A stretch of 32,000 nt of DNA from Trichodesmium erythraeum IMS101. GTDB taxonomy: Bacteria; Cyanobacteriota; Cyanobacteriia; Cyanobacteriales; Microcoleaceae. The stretch lies in assembly GCF_000014265.1 (NCBI RefSeq), contig NC_008312.1:630001-662000 (forward strand). The letters run 5' to 3'. How positions within the stretch are numbered: the stretch's first letter is position 1; each line of letters opens with the position of its first letter. Made by a program: the position numbers and the translations under genes. The notes under the pieces are model-generated. The model did no database searches. It saw only the letters and a program-made list of their open reading frames with translations, and had not been told where the DNA came from. Of this stretch, positions 18,379 to 28,341 are shown one piece after another.

Positions 18379-18586
18379 ACAACAAATCAGAATTAATTAG
18401 ATCTATATAGCAGTCTACCCATTGGTTGTGGCAAAATTCCATACTAAAAAAGTTTGACAAAGTTGAATATTTGACCAGAGCACAAAAAAACTTCAAATAA
18501 CTTAATTATTTTCAAATAACTACAAACATAATAAATCAAATTGTTTGATGAAATTTTGGGCTGGTCAACAAATATTTTCAACAGAA

Positions 18587-18617
18587 TTTTGCTCCGAGGT
18601 ATTCGGAGCAAATTTTG
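18587..18617 (+). terminator. Intrinsic-terminator-like hairpin
   Basis: TTTGCTCCGA / TCGGAGCAAA form a 10-bp perfect stem with a GGTAT loop, followed by a T-run (attttg). The site is ~210 nt after the udg stop, so it could terminate udg or a separate short transcript. Confidence 0.5.
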
Positions 18618-18929
18618 TATAATTTATCCACCACTATTTTTCGGGTTTTTCAGCGATTTTTTGTCATTAAATATTATCTAAATTCTCGGAAATTATTATC
18701 CGTAAATCTATCCCAAAATATTGCTCAACTTTTGTAAAAATTTAATAAAGTTCATAGTATTTTCAGTATTTCGACTTCTTTTATTAATCAATAAATTATT
18801 ATGTTTAATAGTCTCAGGTACCAGAATAAGTAGACCTTTATTTTTCATTAGTAAAGTTGAATTTATATTTTTTAATTTGTTGTTCTCCAAACATAACTTC
18901 ATAGAAACGATTTGAAATTACTATATATC

Positions 18930-20492
18930 CTAAATGATTTGTGAAGAAAAAGGGAGAGTAGGAAACCCCACCCTAACCCCGACCTCAGAAATTACTTTTG
19001 ACTTGCGCTTCGCCCTACTATCTTTTTCAAATAAATAAACATCATCTTTTTGGTAACTAAGCTGAAATTCTGAATTAACCTTGAGTTTATCTACTAATTT
19101 TCGCGCATATTCTTGACTACTTTTCCAACCAGGATGACGTACATTTATTAATACATAGTCATACTCAGCTAAGGCTTCATCTCTAGGTAATTCTTCTTCT
19201 TCAATAATTAACTTAATAAACTGACGATGACTTAAATGAGGAGTAATTTCTGAAGTAGTTAAAACACTACCTTTTGTCTGAATTATATTCACCGCAGTTC
19301 GTGTAGCTTGCCAAGTATCTAAATAATCTAAGTAAATAGACCAAAAATAACCATATTTAGCTAAAGCTAAAAATCCGATACAAGACCAAATTATGATAAA
19401 TTTTGGTAATAGTTGACTAACAATTGTAGATATATTTTTAGCTTCTTTTTTTTGGGATCGGCGTAAATTCCATAGCCAATACCATAAACCACATTTACCA
19501 TCAGCAATAGTATAAATTACAGCCATTAATAAAAAAGGCAATATTGGCAAAGAATACTGATGAATTAAATCTCGTTGAGCATCAATATCGGAGAGAATAT
19601 TTAGTGCCAAAACTGGAGAAGCAGCTATTAAAGGAGCTAAATATTTAGGAGCAAGCCACCAAATTATCGGTAGATTTAGCAAAAATAAATATTCTAAAGT
19701 TTTAAGAGAAATTAATCTACCAAACACCAGTTCAGGTCTTAAAAAAAGATTCAATAAAATTTCTGGTATGGAGTTACCTAAATATCGATAACGTCCTATT
19801 CCTCCTGGCGGTTGACCATCCTTAAAATAAGGTATTAGTATTTGAGTAGCGATAATAAACCAAGTCACACCAGCAAACAAAGCTATGGCACCACATACTC
19901 GCTTTTTTTCATAGAAATATAACCAAAAACCCATAGCAGCTACAGGTAAAGATAAGGCATCTTTACAGCCTAAAACCCAGATAATAGCTAAACAAAACCA
20001 TACGGTTTTATCTAATTTTGCTGCTAAAATTGCTCCTAATATTGCTGGCAATGCCATTACCTCTGGATGAAAATCAAATAAGTTGAGATTAAACACTACT
20101 GGGTATAATAAATAAACCATTACTATGGCAAAAGCTTGTTTTTTATTTAACCCTGAATAACGGGCTAAACTCCAAGTAGGTAAGGTTCCTATTGCTAAAC
20201 AAATTGCTTGTATTAGTAATAGCCAATAAACTGAAGGATAAATTTTATAAAATAATGCCACTGGATACATTGCCCAAGCAGCATGATTTCCCAAATGATG
20301 TACTTCTAAAAAGGAAGAAATTGGAGGTAAACCTTGACTTATTAAATAAGTAACTTGGTCATAAATTCCCATTTCAAAAGCAGTAGATTGAAATAATAAG
20401 TGACGCACTGTGCTACAGATAAATAAAATTATGGCAGCAATAATAGTTATTTGAAATATAAAATCAGATTTTAATCGTTTAATAATTACCAT
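18930..20492 (-). CDS. DUF2079-family polytopic membrane protein (paralog 2)
   Basis: 520-aa ORF with many TM segments. Family-typical motifs: FEMGIYDQ, HHLGNHAAW, FDFHPEVMALP. It aligns along its length with the adjacent paralog. The last ~30 aa (DSRAKRK...PFSSQII) have no counterpart in the paralog. Confidence 0.8.
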   Translation of the reverse strand: MVIIKRLKSDFIFQITIIAAIILFICSTVRHLLFQSTAFEMGIYDQVTYLISQGLPPISSFLEVHHLGNHAAWAMYPVALFYKIYPSVYWLLLIQAICLAIGTLPTWSLARYSGLNKKQAFAIVMVYLLYPVVFNLNLFDFHPEVMALPAILGAILAAKLDKTVWFCLAIIWVLGCKDALSLPVAAMGFWLYFYEKKRVCGAIALFAGVTWFIIATQILIPYFKDGQPPGGIGRYRYLGNSIPEILLNLFLRPELVFGRLISLKTLEYLFLLNLPIIWWLAPKYLAPLIAASPVLALNILSDIDAQRDLIHQYSLPILPFLLMAVIYTIADGKCGLWYWLWNLRRSQKKEAKNISTIVSQLLPKFIIIWSCIGFLALAKYGYFWSIYLDYLDTWQATRTAVNIIQTKGSVLTTSEITPHLSHRQFIKLIIEEEELPRDEALAEYDYVLINVRHPGWKSSQEYARKLVDKLKVNSEFQLSYQKDDVYLFEKDSRAKRKSKVISEVGVRVGFPTLPFSSQII

Positions 20493-20735
20493 TTGAGTAG
20501 TTATAATTACAGATCGTAGTGTGACTTGATTCCTAAGTTATAGATAGGGCTCAAGTTATAATAAAAACAAATAATTGGATATTTTTTGAGAGATAAAATT
20601 AGGTTTTAATTATTTAATTATTGCCATTTTAATAGTTATAATTCAAGCTATTAATATGGCTAAATTATAATATATCTTAGGAATTAAGGCATACTAAAAA
20701 CTATTTTTTTAGCAGCCTTGTTTTTTTTCAAAGAT

Positions 20736-20777
20736 AAATTTTAAATTTTAAATTTTAAATTTTAACTTTTAACTTTT
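20736..20777. repeat. Heptamer tandem repeat (AAATTTT)x4 + (AACTTTT)x2
   Basis: Read directly from the sequence. It overlaps the stop codon of the upstream DUF2079 gene (20769) and lies in the spacer before paralog 2. Confidence 0.85.
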
Positions 20778-22325
20778 GAATTCTTTTCTTTGAAATACTA
20801 TTACATCATTTTTTTGATAACTTAATTCCCATTCTTGGTTGTTTTGGAGATTTTTAGAAAGGATAATACCAGTATCCTTAGTATCTGGCCAGGGATGACG
20901 TAAATTCAAAACTACATAATCGAATTCATCTAAATTATCTGGCTCTATTTGATTCAATAACTTGACCATTGAACGATGAGTAAAATGAGGTGCTAATCGA
21001 TTATCTGTGAGTACCCCACCTTGAGTTTTAATGTAAGTAATTGCATTATTGGTAGCTTGCCAAGTATCAAAGCTACGAGGATAAGAAAATAAACTGGCTA
21101 CATTACCAAACAACAGAAATATTAAAGTAGACCACAAAATAATTATGCGGGGGTATTGAAAATTTGGTATTGGTAATCTCAGATTAAATTTAGGAATTTC
21201 TAACTTAATTATCCAAGTTGATTTTATCTGAATACTTTGATTTTCTATTTCAGAAGCTGCTGCTAGACAGGAAATTATTGTTAATAATAAAAAACTAATT
21301 GCAGGTAAAGAATACTGATAATTTAAGCTTTTCTGAAATGATACTTCAGACAGAGCATTCAAGATAATTGTCGGAATAGTTGGAATGAGAGGGATAAGAT
21401 TAGGTAAAACAGCCTTATTTGTCTGAAGTAATGGAAATATTCCCCAAATTACAGGTAAAAATAACAGAAAAATATATTTGATACTTTCCCAAGATAATAT
21501 TCTGCCTAACACTACTCCTGGTTGTAGGAAAATATTAATTATAATTCCCACAACAGAATCTCCCAGATAACTATAACGCCCGACTCCAGCTACTTCTTTA
21601 CCACTGAAAAAAGGAATAATTCCTTGAGTTACAACTATAAACCATAAAATGCCTAAAAAAATAGCAATTAAACCGCAAAACTTACGTTTTTCAAAAGCGA
21701 GTAACCAGAAACCCATAAAAACTATAGTTAATGATAAAACTGCTTTACAACCTAATACCCAAATAATAGCTATACAAAACCATAAAACACGTTTTAGTCT
21801 CGCTGCTAAAATTGCTCCTAAAATAGCAGGTAAAGCCATTACTTCTGGGTGAAAATCAAATAAATTAATATTAAAAATTACTGGGTATAAAAGATAGGAA
21901 ATGGCGATCGCTACTGCTTGTCCTTGATTTAACCCTGCTAATCTGGCCAAACACCAAGTAGGCCAACTTCCTAAGGCTAAACATACAGCTTGTAGTAAGA
22001 GTAGCCAATGAATATCAGGATGAATCATATAAAATAATCCTAAAGGATAGACAGCCCAAGCAGCATGATTTCCCAAATGGTGATATCCCAAAAAAGAAGA
22101 AATGGGAGATTTTCCTTGACTAATCAAATATACAACTTGGTCATAAATACCCAAGTCAAACCCAGTAGAGCAAAAGAAGGCGTGACGTAAACTACTACAG
22201 ATAAAGAAAATTAAAGTTGCTAGAATTATTATCCTGCTCACAATAAGTGGTGGCAAAAGCATCATATTTTTAAGTCCCACGTTCCCCAAGTCAATTTGTA
22301 ACAGAAAAAGTAGCACAAAGTACAA
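20769..22325 (-). CDS. DUF2079-family polytopic membrane protein (paralog 1)
   Basis: 518-aa ORF with FDLGIYDQ, HHLGNHAAW, FDFHPEVMALPAILGAILAA. By alignment with paralog 2, the real start may be the MM at ~22265. Confidence 0.8.
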   Translation of the reverse strand: MYFVLLFLLQIDLGNVGLKNMMLLPPLIVSRIIILATLIFFICSSLRHAFFCSTGFDLGIYDQVVYLISQGKSPISSFLGYHHLGNHAAWAVYPLGLFYMIHPDIHWLLLLQAVCLALGSWPTWCLARLAGLNQGQAVAIAISYLLYPVIFNINLFDFHPEVMALPAILGAILAARLKRVLWFCIAIIWVLGCKAVLSLTIVFMGFWLLAFEKRKFCGLIAIFLGILWFIVVTQGIIPFFSGKEVAGVGRYSYLGDSVVGIIINIFLQPGVVLGRILSWESIKYIFLLFLPVIWGIFPLLQTNKAVLPNLIPLIPTIPTIILNALSEVSFQKSLNYQYSLPAISFLLLTIISCLAAASEIENQSIQIKSTWIIKLEIPKFNLRLPIPNFQYPRIIILWSTLIFLLFGNVASLFSYPRSFDTWQATNNAITYIKTQGGVLTDNRLAPHFTHRSMVKLLNQIEPDNLDEFDYVVLNLRHPWPDTKDTGIILSKNLQNNQEWELSYQKNDVIVFQRKEFKS

Positions 22326-22940
22326 AAACTGGCGACTCTATAAGTATTTATACTTTATCAATTATGTTTACTGGCCTTTGTAAGAGTTAAATTATCAGGA
22401 AAATATTAAGTATAAATAATTTCAATAATTAATTGATTTCAACTATTGGGGACAACTACTCCCTCCTAACTTCTCTAGGTGACCAATGCGATGGTTTCCC
22501 TATTTTGATTTTTTATATTAGGTTTTGAAGCATGAAATGTGGTAGATTCAGAGATCTAAAATTTGGCTTTACAAAAGATTTTTAAATGCCTTTTGATTAA
22601 TTATCAAGTCATAATACTTATGAATTATGTAATTTTTAATAAGTGAAATAAATTCACGTATTTCCTTGACTAAATTATTCATATTTCACAGAAATTATTT
22701 TTTATGTAATAGCTTATTGGGAAAATACTGGAAAGATTTACTCAGTTTTTAAAGTCATAAATTAATAGGGTTAAGCTGAGACTAAAACTATTATAGTATT
22801 GTGATTAAAATAATGATTTCCCTTTTTATATTAAAAATCTGAATGGCTAAAATTTATGACTCTAGCAAACTAGCTCTTAACACAAAATGACCAATGAATC
22901 GTATAGTGGAATTGTGGACAATTTCCTAAAAACAAACAAT

Positions 22941-24566
22941 ATGAAACCAATTACAATCTTAGGATCTACAGGGTCTATTGGTACTCAAACTTTGAACATT
23001 GTGGCTCACAACCCAAACAAATTTCGAGTTATTGGGTTAGCTGCTGGAAGTAATGTAGAAATATTAGCCCAACAGGTCAGACAATTTTGCCCTCAAATTG
23101 TTGCTATTAATGATAAGTCCAAATTTAGGGAACTACAAGAGGCCATTGCTGACTTGCAGCCTCAGCCTATATTGGTTGCTGACCAAGATGGTGTTATACA
23201 AGTAGCTAGATATGGGGAATCAGAAGTAGTCGTAACTGGTATTGTTGGTTGTGCTGGTTTATTGCCTACTATTGCTGCTATTGAAGCAGGCAAAGATATT
23301 GCTTTAGCAAATAAAGAAACACTTATTGCAGCAGGTCCAGTTGTTAATCCTTTAATTGAAAAATATAGAGTCAAATTATTACCAGCAGACTCAGAACATT
23401 CAGCAATTTTTCAATGTCTTCAAGGTTTACCATTAGAGGGTTTGCGCAGAATTATTTTAACTGCTTCTGGTGGTGCTTTTCGAGATTGGCCGATTGAGAA
23501 ATTATCAAAAGTAAAAGTGGCAGATGCTATTAAACATCCTAACTGGTCAATGGGTAAGAAAATTACCGTTGATTCTGCTACAATGATGAATAAAGGTTTG
23601 GAAGTTATTGAAGCTCATTATTTGTTTGGATTGAATTATGATAATATTGATATAGTAATTCATCCTCAAAGCATAATTCACTCTTTAATTGAGTTACAAG
23701 ATACTTCTGTTTTAGCTCAACTAGGTTGGCCGGATATGCGTTTGCCTTTGCTTTACGCTTTATCTTGGCCGGAAAGAATTTATACTGATTGGAAACAGTT
23801 AGATTTAGTTAAAGCTGGAAGTTTGACTTTCAAGGAACCTGATAATTTGAAATATCCTTGCATTCAGTTAGCTTATACAGCTGGTCGTATGGGTGGTTCT
23901 ATGCCTGGAGTTTTGAATGCTGCAAATGAACAGGCTGTAGCATTGTTTTTAGAAGAAAAAATAGCATTTTTGGATATTCCAAAATTGATTGAATATGTCT
24001 GTGAAAAGCATAATTCAAATTATCAAGAAAATCCTAGTCTAGATGATATTTTGGCAGCAGATAAATGGGCAAGAAAAGAGGTTTTAGCAGCAAGTAGTAT
24101 AGTAAATAATTCTCTAATAAATTTAAGTTTGGTTAATCTTGAGGAAAATCCCACAGAAATATTTACAAAAATCGAAAATGAGCAGATAGAATTTAATGAT
24201 TTTTATCAGCGGGGATTAGCTAAATATGAACAACAAGATTATCAATCAGCTTTAGCAGAGTTTGATCGAGCAATAGATATAGACTCCAGTCATATAGATG
24301 CTTATATTTATAGGGGTGATGCTAAAGATAAATTAGAAGACTATGAGGGAGCAATTGCTGATTATAATGAGGCAATTAAAATAGATTCAAGTCATCCAAA
24401 AGCTTATTATAGTCGGGAAAATGTACTGCGAAAAGCTGGAGATAGTAGGGAAGCGATCGCTGATTATGATCAAGCAATTAAACTAGATCCAAATTATACA
24501 CCTACCAAGAATTGGAGTCATGTTCATGTTAACTCAGAAACTACGGAAAAGTTACGACAGGAGTAA
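22941..24566 (+). CDS. dxr: 1-deoxy-D-xylulose-5-phosphate reductoisomerase fused to a C-terminal 3xTPR domain
   Basis: [18 protein letters not shown] (NADPH-binding start), LANKE, DSEHSA, HPNWSMG and NKGLE motifs match Dxr. The longest ORF starts at 22887, but the canonical Dxr start is the ATG at 22941. The Dxr domain ends ~24096. Three 34-aa TPR units follow at 24201-24497 in the same frame with no stop. Confidence 0.9.
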   Translation: MKPITILGSTGSIGTQTLNIVAHNPNKFRVIGLAAGSNVEILAQQVRQFCPQIVAINDKSKFRELQEAIADLQPQPILVADQDGVIQVARYGESEVVVTGIVGCAGLLPTIAAIEAGKDIALANKETLIAAGPVVNPLIEKYRVKLLPADSEHSAIFQCLQGLPLEGLRRIILTASGGAFRDWPIEKLSKVKVADAIKHPNWSMGKKITVDSATMMNKGLEVIEAHYLFGLNYDNIDIVIHPQSIIHSLIELQDTSVLAQLGWPDMRLPLLYALSWPERIYTDWKQLDLVKAGSLTFKEPDNLKYPCIQLAYTAGRMGGSMPGVLNAANEQAVALFLEEKIAFLDIPKLIEYVCEKHNSNYQENPSLDDILAADKWARKEVLAASSIVNNSLINLSLVNLEENPTEIFTKIENEQIEFNDFYQRGLAKYEQQDYQSALAEFDRAIDIDSSHIDAYIYRGDAKDKLEDYEGAIADYNEAIKIDSSHPKAYYSRENVLRKAGDSREAIADYDQAIKLDPNYTPTKNWSHVHVNSETTEKLRQE

Positions 24567-24863
24567 GTTGATATAATCATTTTTCTAGAAAGATAAAATA
24601 ATGATTCACTTAATTATTATCAGCAATATCTGAAGTTAAAAATAAATTAATTAAGAAGATTTTATTGGGGTAAGTAATTAGGCAAATATATACTAATCCA
24701 AACTGGAATTATTATCTACTATTTAAACAAAACAATCATAGTAGTAAAAAATTAAGTTTTTAAATTATTCAAACAATAGTTATAAACAATAAAAAAAATA
24801 AACAAGGAAGCTATTTATTTCGAGAATAAAATAATTTTTCTATATATCTATAGGAAAACTATT

Positions 24864-24884
24864 ACTTTTGACTTTTAACTTTAT
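24864..24884. repeat. Heptamer tandem repeat x3
   Basis: acttttg actttta actttat, located 15 nt upstream of the ATG at 24900. Confidence 0.7.
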
Positions 24885-24899
24885 ACTCTCATATAGATT

Positions 24900-26402
24900 A
24901 TGTATACAACATCCGAAAATACGACTACAATAATAGTAGCTTTAATTGCTATGGGAATTCTGGGCTGGGGATACTACAGGGCTAGGCCTTATGGAAAAAC
25001 TGGCATTTTAGGTTGGTTACAATCAGTAGTATTAATGACACCTTGGCTAGTGTTTTTTGTTCTATTTGCTGCGGGAATTTATCTGAATTTAGTATTGATT
25101 CTATTTATGTTAGTGGCTTGTACAGGATTGTACATCTATTTGGGTTGGCAATTACGAATAATAGCAGCTCAAGAAACAGAAAATAAACCTGATATTAAAC
25201 CTATTAGTAACTCCTTACAAGAGTCTTCTAGTGAAGAGAAAACTGAATTAGTAAATAGGGAAGAGAAAAAAGAAGAAACTCTAGAATTTCTTCCTATTTC
25301 CACTGAAGACTTACAAAAAGTAAAAGACATTTTTGGTATTGATACCTTTTTTATTACCGAAACTATCCCCTATCAAGAAGGAGCTATTTTCAAGGGTAAT
25401 TTACGGGGAGATATAGAAAAGGTTTATACTAAATTATCAGCAAAATTGGCCGAAAAACTTGGCGATCGCTACAGACTATTTTTATTGGAAAGTCCAGAAG
25501 CTAAACCAGTAGTAATTCTTTTACCAAGCAAAAATGACCCATTACCTGCCACTACATCCCAAAAAATTCTGGCAGTTATTCTATTACTTGCGACTATTGC
25601 CACCAGTTTTGAAGCGGGTGGGTTATTGTTGGGGTTTGACTTTTTCAACCAACCCATGAGATATCAAGAAGCATTACCCATTGTAATTGGTCTGTGGATA
25701 GTTTTGGGTGGTCACGAAATTGCTCACCAAGTTTTAGCAAAACTTCACAATGTTCGCTTTAGTTGGCCGTTTTTTCTGCCCGCTTGGCAAATTGGTAGTT
25801 TTGGTTCGGTTAACCGTTTCGAGTCAATACTCCCTAACCGAAAAGTTCTATTTGATGTGGCTTTTGCCGGACCTGCTGTTGGAGGAATAATTTCTTTGGC
25901 AATGCTATTAGGGGGTTTGTTACTTTCCCATGAAGGTAGTCTGTTTCAGATGCCATCAGAATTTTTTAAAGCTTCTGTTTTGGTAGGAACTTTAGCACGG
26001 GTGATTTTAGGTCCGGCAGTACATCAGAGTATAGTAGATATTCACCCACTAGCAATTATAGGTTGGTTGGGTTTAGTTATTACAGCAATTAATCTGATGC
26101 CAGCAGGTCAGTTAGATGGTGGTAGAATTCTGCAAGCAATTTATGGTCGGAAAGTGGCAGGTAGAGCAACATTATTTACTTTTATAGTATTGGTATTTGC
26201 TTCTTTGGTTAATCCTTTGGCGTTGTATTGGGCGATTATTATTTTGGTATTACAGCGAAATTTAGAACGGCCTTGTTTAAATGAATTGGTAGAACCGGAT
26301 GATGGTCGGGCAGGTTTGTGTTTGTTGGCTTTATTTTTTGCGATCGCTACTTTGTTTCCTCTAACTCCAGGTTTAGCTGGTAGGTTGGGTATTGGTAGTT
26401 AA
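24900..26402 (+). CDS. M50-family site-2 protease (membrane zinc metalloprotease, EGY-like)
   Basis: 500-aa ORF that is polytopic. It carries HEIAHQ (HExxH) and NLMPAGQLDGGRI (NxxPxxxLDG) motifs. Confidence 0.85.
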   Translation: MYTTSENTTTIIVALIAMGILGWGYYRARPYGKTGILGWLQSVVLMTPWLVFFVLFAAGIYLNLVLILFMLVACTGLYIYLGWQLRIIAAQETENKPDIKPISNSLQESSSEEKTELVNREEKKEETLEFLPISTEDLQKVKDIFGIDTFFITETIPYQEGAIFKGNLRGDIEKVYTKLSAKLAEKLGDRYRLFLLESPEAKPVVILLPSKNDPLPATTSQKILAVILLLATIATSFEAGGLLLGFDFFNQPMRYQEALPIVIGLWIVLGGHEIAHQVLAKLHNVRFSWPFFLPAWQIGSFGSVNRFESILPNRKVLFDVAFAGPAVGGIISLAMLLGGLLLSHEGSLFQMPSEFFKASVLVGTLARVILGPAVHQSIVDIHPLAIIGWLGLVITAINLMPAGQLDGGRILQAIYGRKVAGRATLFTFIVLVFASLVNPLALYWAIIILVLQRNLERPCLNELVEPDDGRAGLCLLALFFAIATLFPLTPGLAGRLGIGS

Positions 26403-26430
26403 TCTTGGGCTTACACAAGTCAAAAGTTAA

Positions 26431-26467
26431 CCCTCCCCTACTCTTTTAGGGGGGGCTGTTTCTTTCT
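26431..26467 (+). terminator. Intrinsic terminator of the protease gene
   Basis: CCCTCCCCTA / TAGGGGGGG form a stem of ~9 bp including one G-U pair, with a CTCTTT loop. It is followed by ctgtttctttct, 29 nt after the stop. Confidence 0.6.
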
Positions 26468-26867
26468 AAAATTTGTTGTCTATTGAAGGTTTAGAAAAAA
26501 ATAGCGCGATAGTTTATTATGAGAGGCTTTTAGAGCTCTAAGCAGAGATAGATGGGGTGTAGAATGAAAACAGATGAGGTTATATTATGTTCGGATGATT
26601 ACTTATAATAAAGCCACAATTATTACAGTATAGATATATATTCAGATTGATAGCTAAATGCATGGTGCTCGCCAACCACCTAATATTATGTTCCGGCGAT
26701 CGTTTATAATTGAACAGCCCTAGTTTGAGGCCACCAATGGAAACAAGTTTGTCCTTTCTTGACTCCTGTAAAGCTTTAGTTTTAACCTGAGAACTGTGCT
26801 TAGTTTTTTTGTGAGGAGCGTTTGTGTCCTTGTAGGAAACGACATATTGTAGGAATGCTCACCTCAC

Positions 26868-27045
26868 GGGGTGACAAGTACTTCAAAGCTACTTTGGGAT
26901 AAGGGTTTCTTGGATTAAAGCTCTGTAGAAAATATGGATTTTTCGAGTCAGATCATGATAATCATTCTTAGAGGAGGGGTGGGTTTGCGAAGCAAGCCCA
27001 CCCCTTCTCCCCCAATTTTAGTTAATTTTTATTTCAATCAGTAGA
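26868..27045 (+). repeat. Solo copy of the IS left terminal repeat (MITE-like)
   Basis: ctcacctcacggggtgacaagta... parallels 27144-27320. It has the same end sequence, then ~100 bp, then a GGGGTGGG...CCCACCCC hairpin (26976-27004), then aattttagttaatttttatttca. Confidence 0.65.
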
Positions 27046-27143
27046 CTATGGCCATCAGTTACATTTTATGCTAAACAAAGTCAGTCCACTTACACATATA
27101 GACTGACCCAAATGCAATTTTTATCCAATTTTTATCATGGTAT

Positions 27144-28341
27144 GAGCTCTCACGGGGTGACAAGCTAGTTGAAAGCTATATATAGAATATTTTGCGTTTA
27201 GGAACTGAAAAATATTTCAACAAAAAGAAAATACTTATTGAGAAATGTTGGGGTATAGTACGTTCCTTCTTTGAAAGCACTATACCCCAAAATTTTGAGT
27301 TAATTTTTTATTCATTTTAAAAGTTTTTTGAAATAGTTAAAAATATGATAAAAAAGGGTTGGTAATTACAAATAAAAATAAATAAAAGTGAATATATTAG
27401 GCTTTTATCAAAACCATATTCAGCAAAAAATGAGCCCATCTTAAGTAGTAATATTACAAATATTATTAGTACATAAAAACGTACAAATATCAAAATCAAG
27501 TAGTTATTTTTTCCTACCAATAAAATTATAAAGTAAGCGAAATAAAAAAGAGTAATTCGCCCTGTGTTAAAATTATTGAAAGTACATAAAGTAACTATAA
27601 CTACAAATAAAGATCCCCATAGTATTTTTCTATACTATTGGTTGAAAAAATATTAAAAACAAGATATATATTTTATTTTGAGACAAAAAAAATCAACTTT
27701 ATCATCTGTAGTTAAAGTAAAAAAAACTATGGCCAGAGAATCAGGATAGAAGCAATGTTTAAGGATTATAAAAGGGGTGATTCTAATTTAAAAGCAGCTA
27801 AAGCTAATGAAAGAAGACTGAATAATTTAATTTTATTAATAGCTATTTTATACACAACTAGTTTTTTAAAAGGACAAAAAATTAAAAATAAAGGAGTTCA
27901 ATAATATATATTGATAACTAATAAAAAAGGTTAACAAGAAATAAATAAAGAAAAAAACTAGTTTTTTGTAGGATTATCTTGTATTTATTGGGCAATAAAT
28001 TATGATTTTACTGGGAAATTAGTAGAAATTTTAATGAGGCTTAATTATAATAAATTTCTATATTATTAGATGGGGATCAAAGCGATGAATATAGTAGTGA
28101 ATTAGACTATATTTTTTGATTAACGATTAATTTAAAAGTGAGTTTTTTCATAATATTATTCTTCAGTACTACTTGAATAATAATTTAACTTAGCTAGGGG
28201 GTGTAATGCCTTCTTTCTTTGAACGCACTACACCCCAACATTTCTCAATAAGTGTTTTCTTTTTGTTGAAATATTCTTCAGTTCCTGAAGGTAAATCCTT
28301 TTGTATATATAGCTTTTAACTAGCTTGTCACCCCGCGAGCT
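27144..28341 (+). mobile_element. Degenerate, internally deleted IS4-family element with ~190-bp terminal inverted repeats
   Basis: The left end AGCTCTCACGGGGTGACAAGCTAG matches the reverse complement of the right end (AGCTCGCGGGGTGACAAGCTAG). About 125 bp of each end align as inverted repeats. The interior holds only a transposase C-terminal fragment. Confidence 0.75.
27725..27904 (+). pseudogene. IS4-family DDE transposase C-terminal fragment
   Basis: NYGQRIRIEAMFKDYKRGDSNLKAAKANERRLNNLILLIAILYTTSF... contains an exact Y-2-R-3-E-6-K signature. A stop lies immediately upstream, and no DDE N-terminal region is present. Confidence 0.75.

Noticed and set aside
18708-18915. Antiparallel ORFs 18708..18902(-) and 18721..18915(+)
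   Set aside because: They are perfectly overlapping AT-rich frames in an intergenic region with Lys/Asn/Leu/Phe-biased composition, which is typical of chance ORFs.
21649-21852. 67-aa ORF(+)
   Set aside because: It is antisense to DUF2079 paralog 1.
23162-23374. 70-aa ORF(-)
   Set aside because: It is antisense to dxr.
25469-25657. 62-aa ORF(-)
   Set aside because: It is antisense to the M50 protease CDS.
27317-27520. 67-aa hydrophobic ORF(-) inside the IS remnant
   Set aside because: It is an AT-rich Phe/Ile/Leu run inside a degenerate element, on the opposite strand to the transposase remnant. It is most likely a chance ORF.
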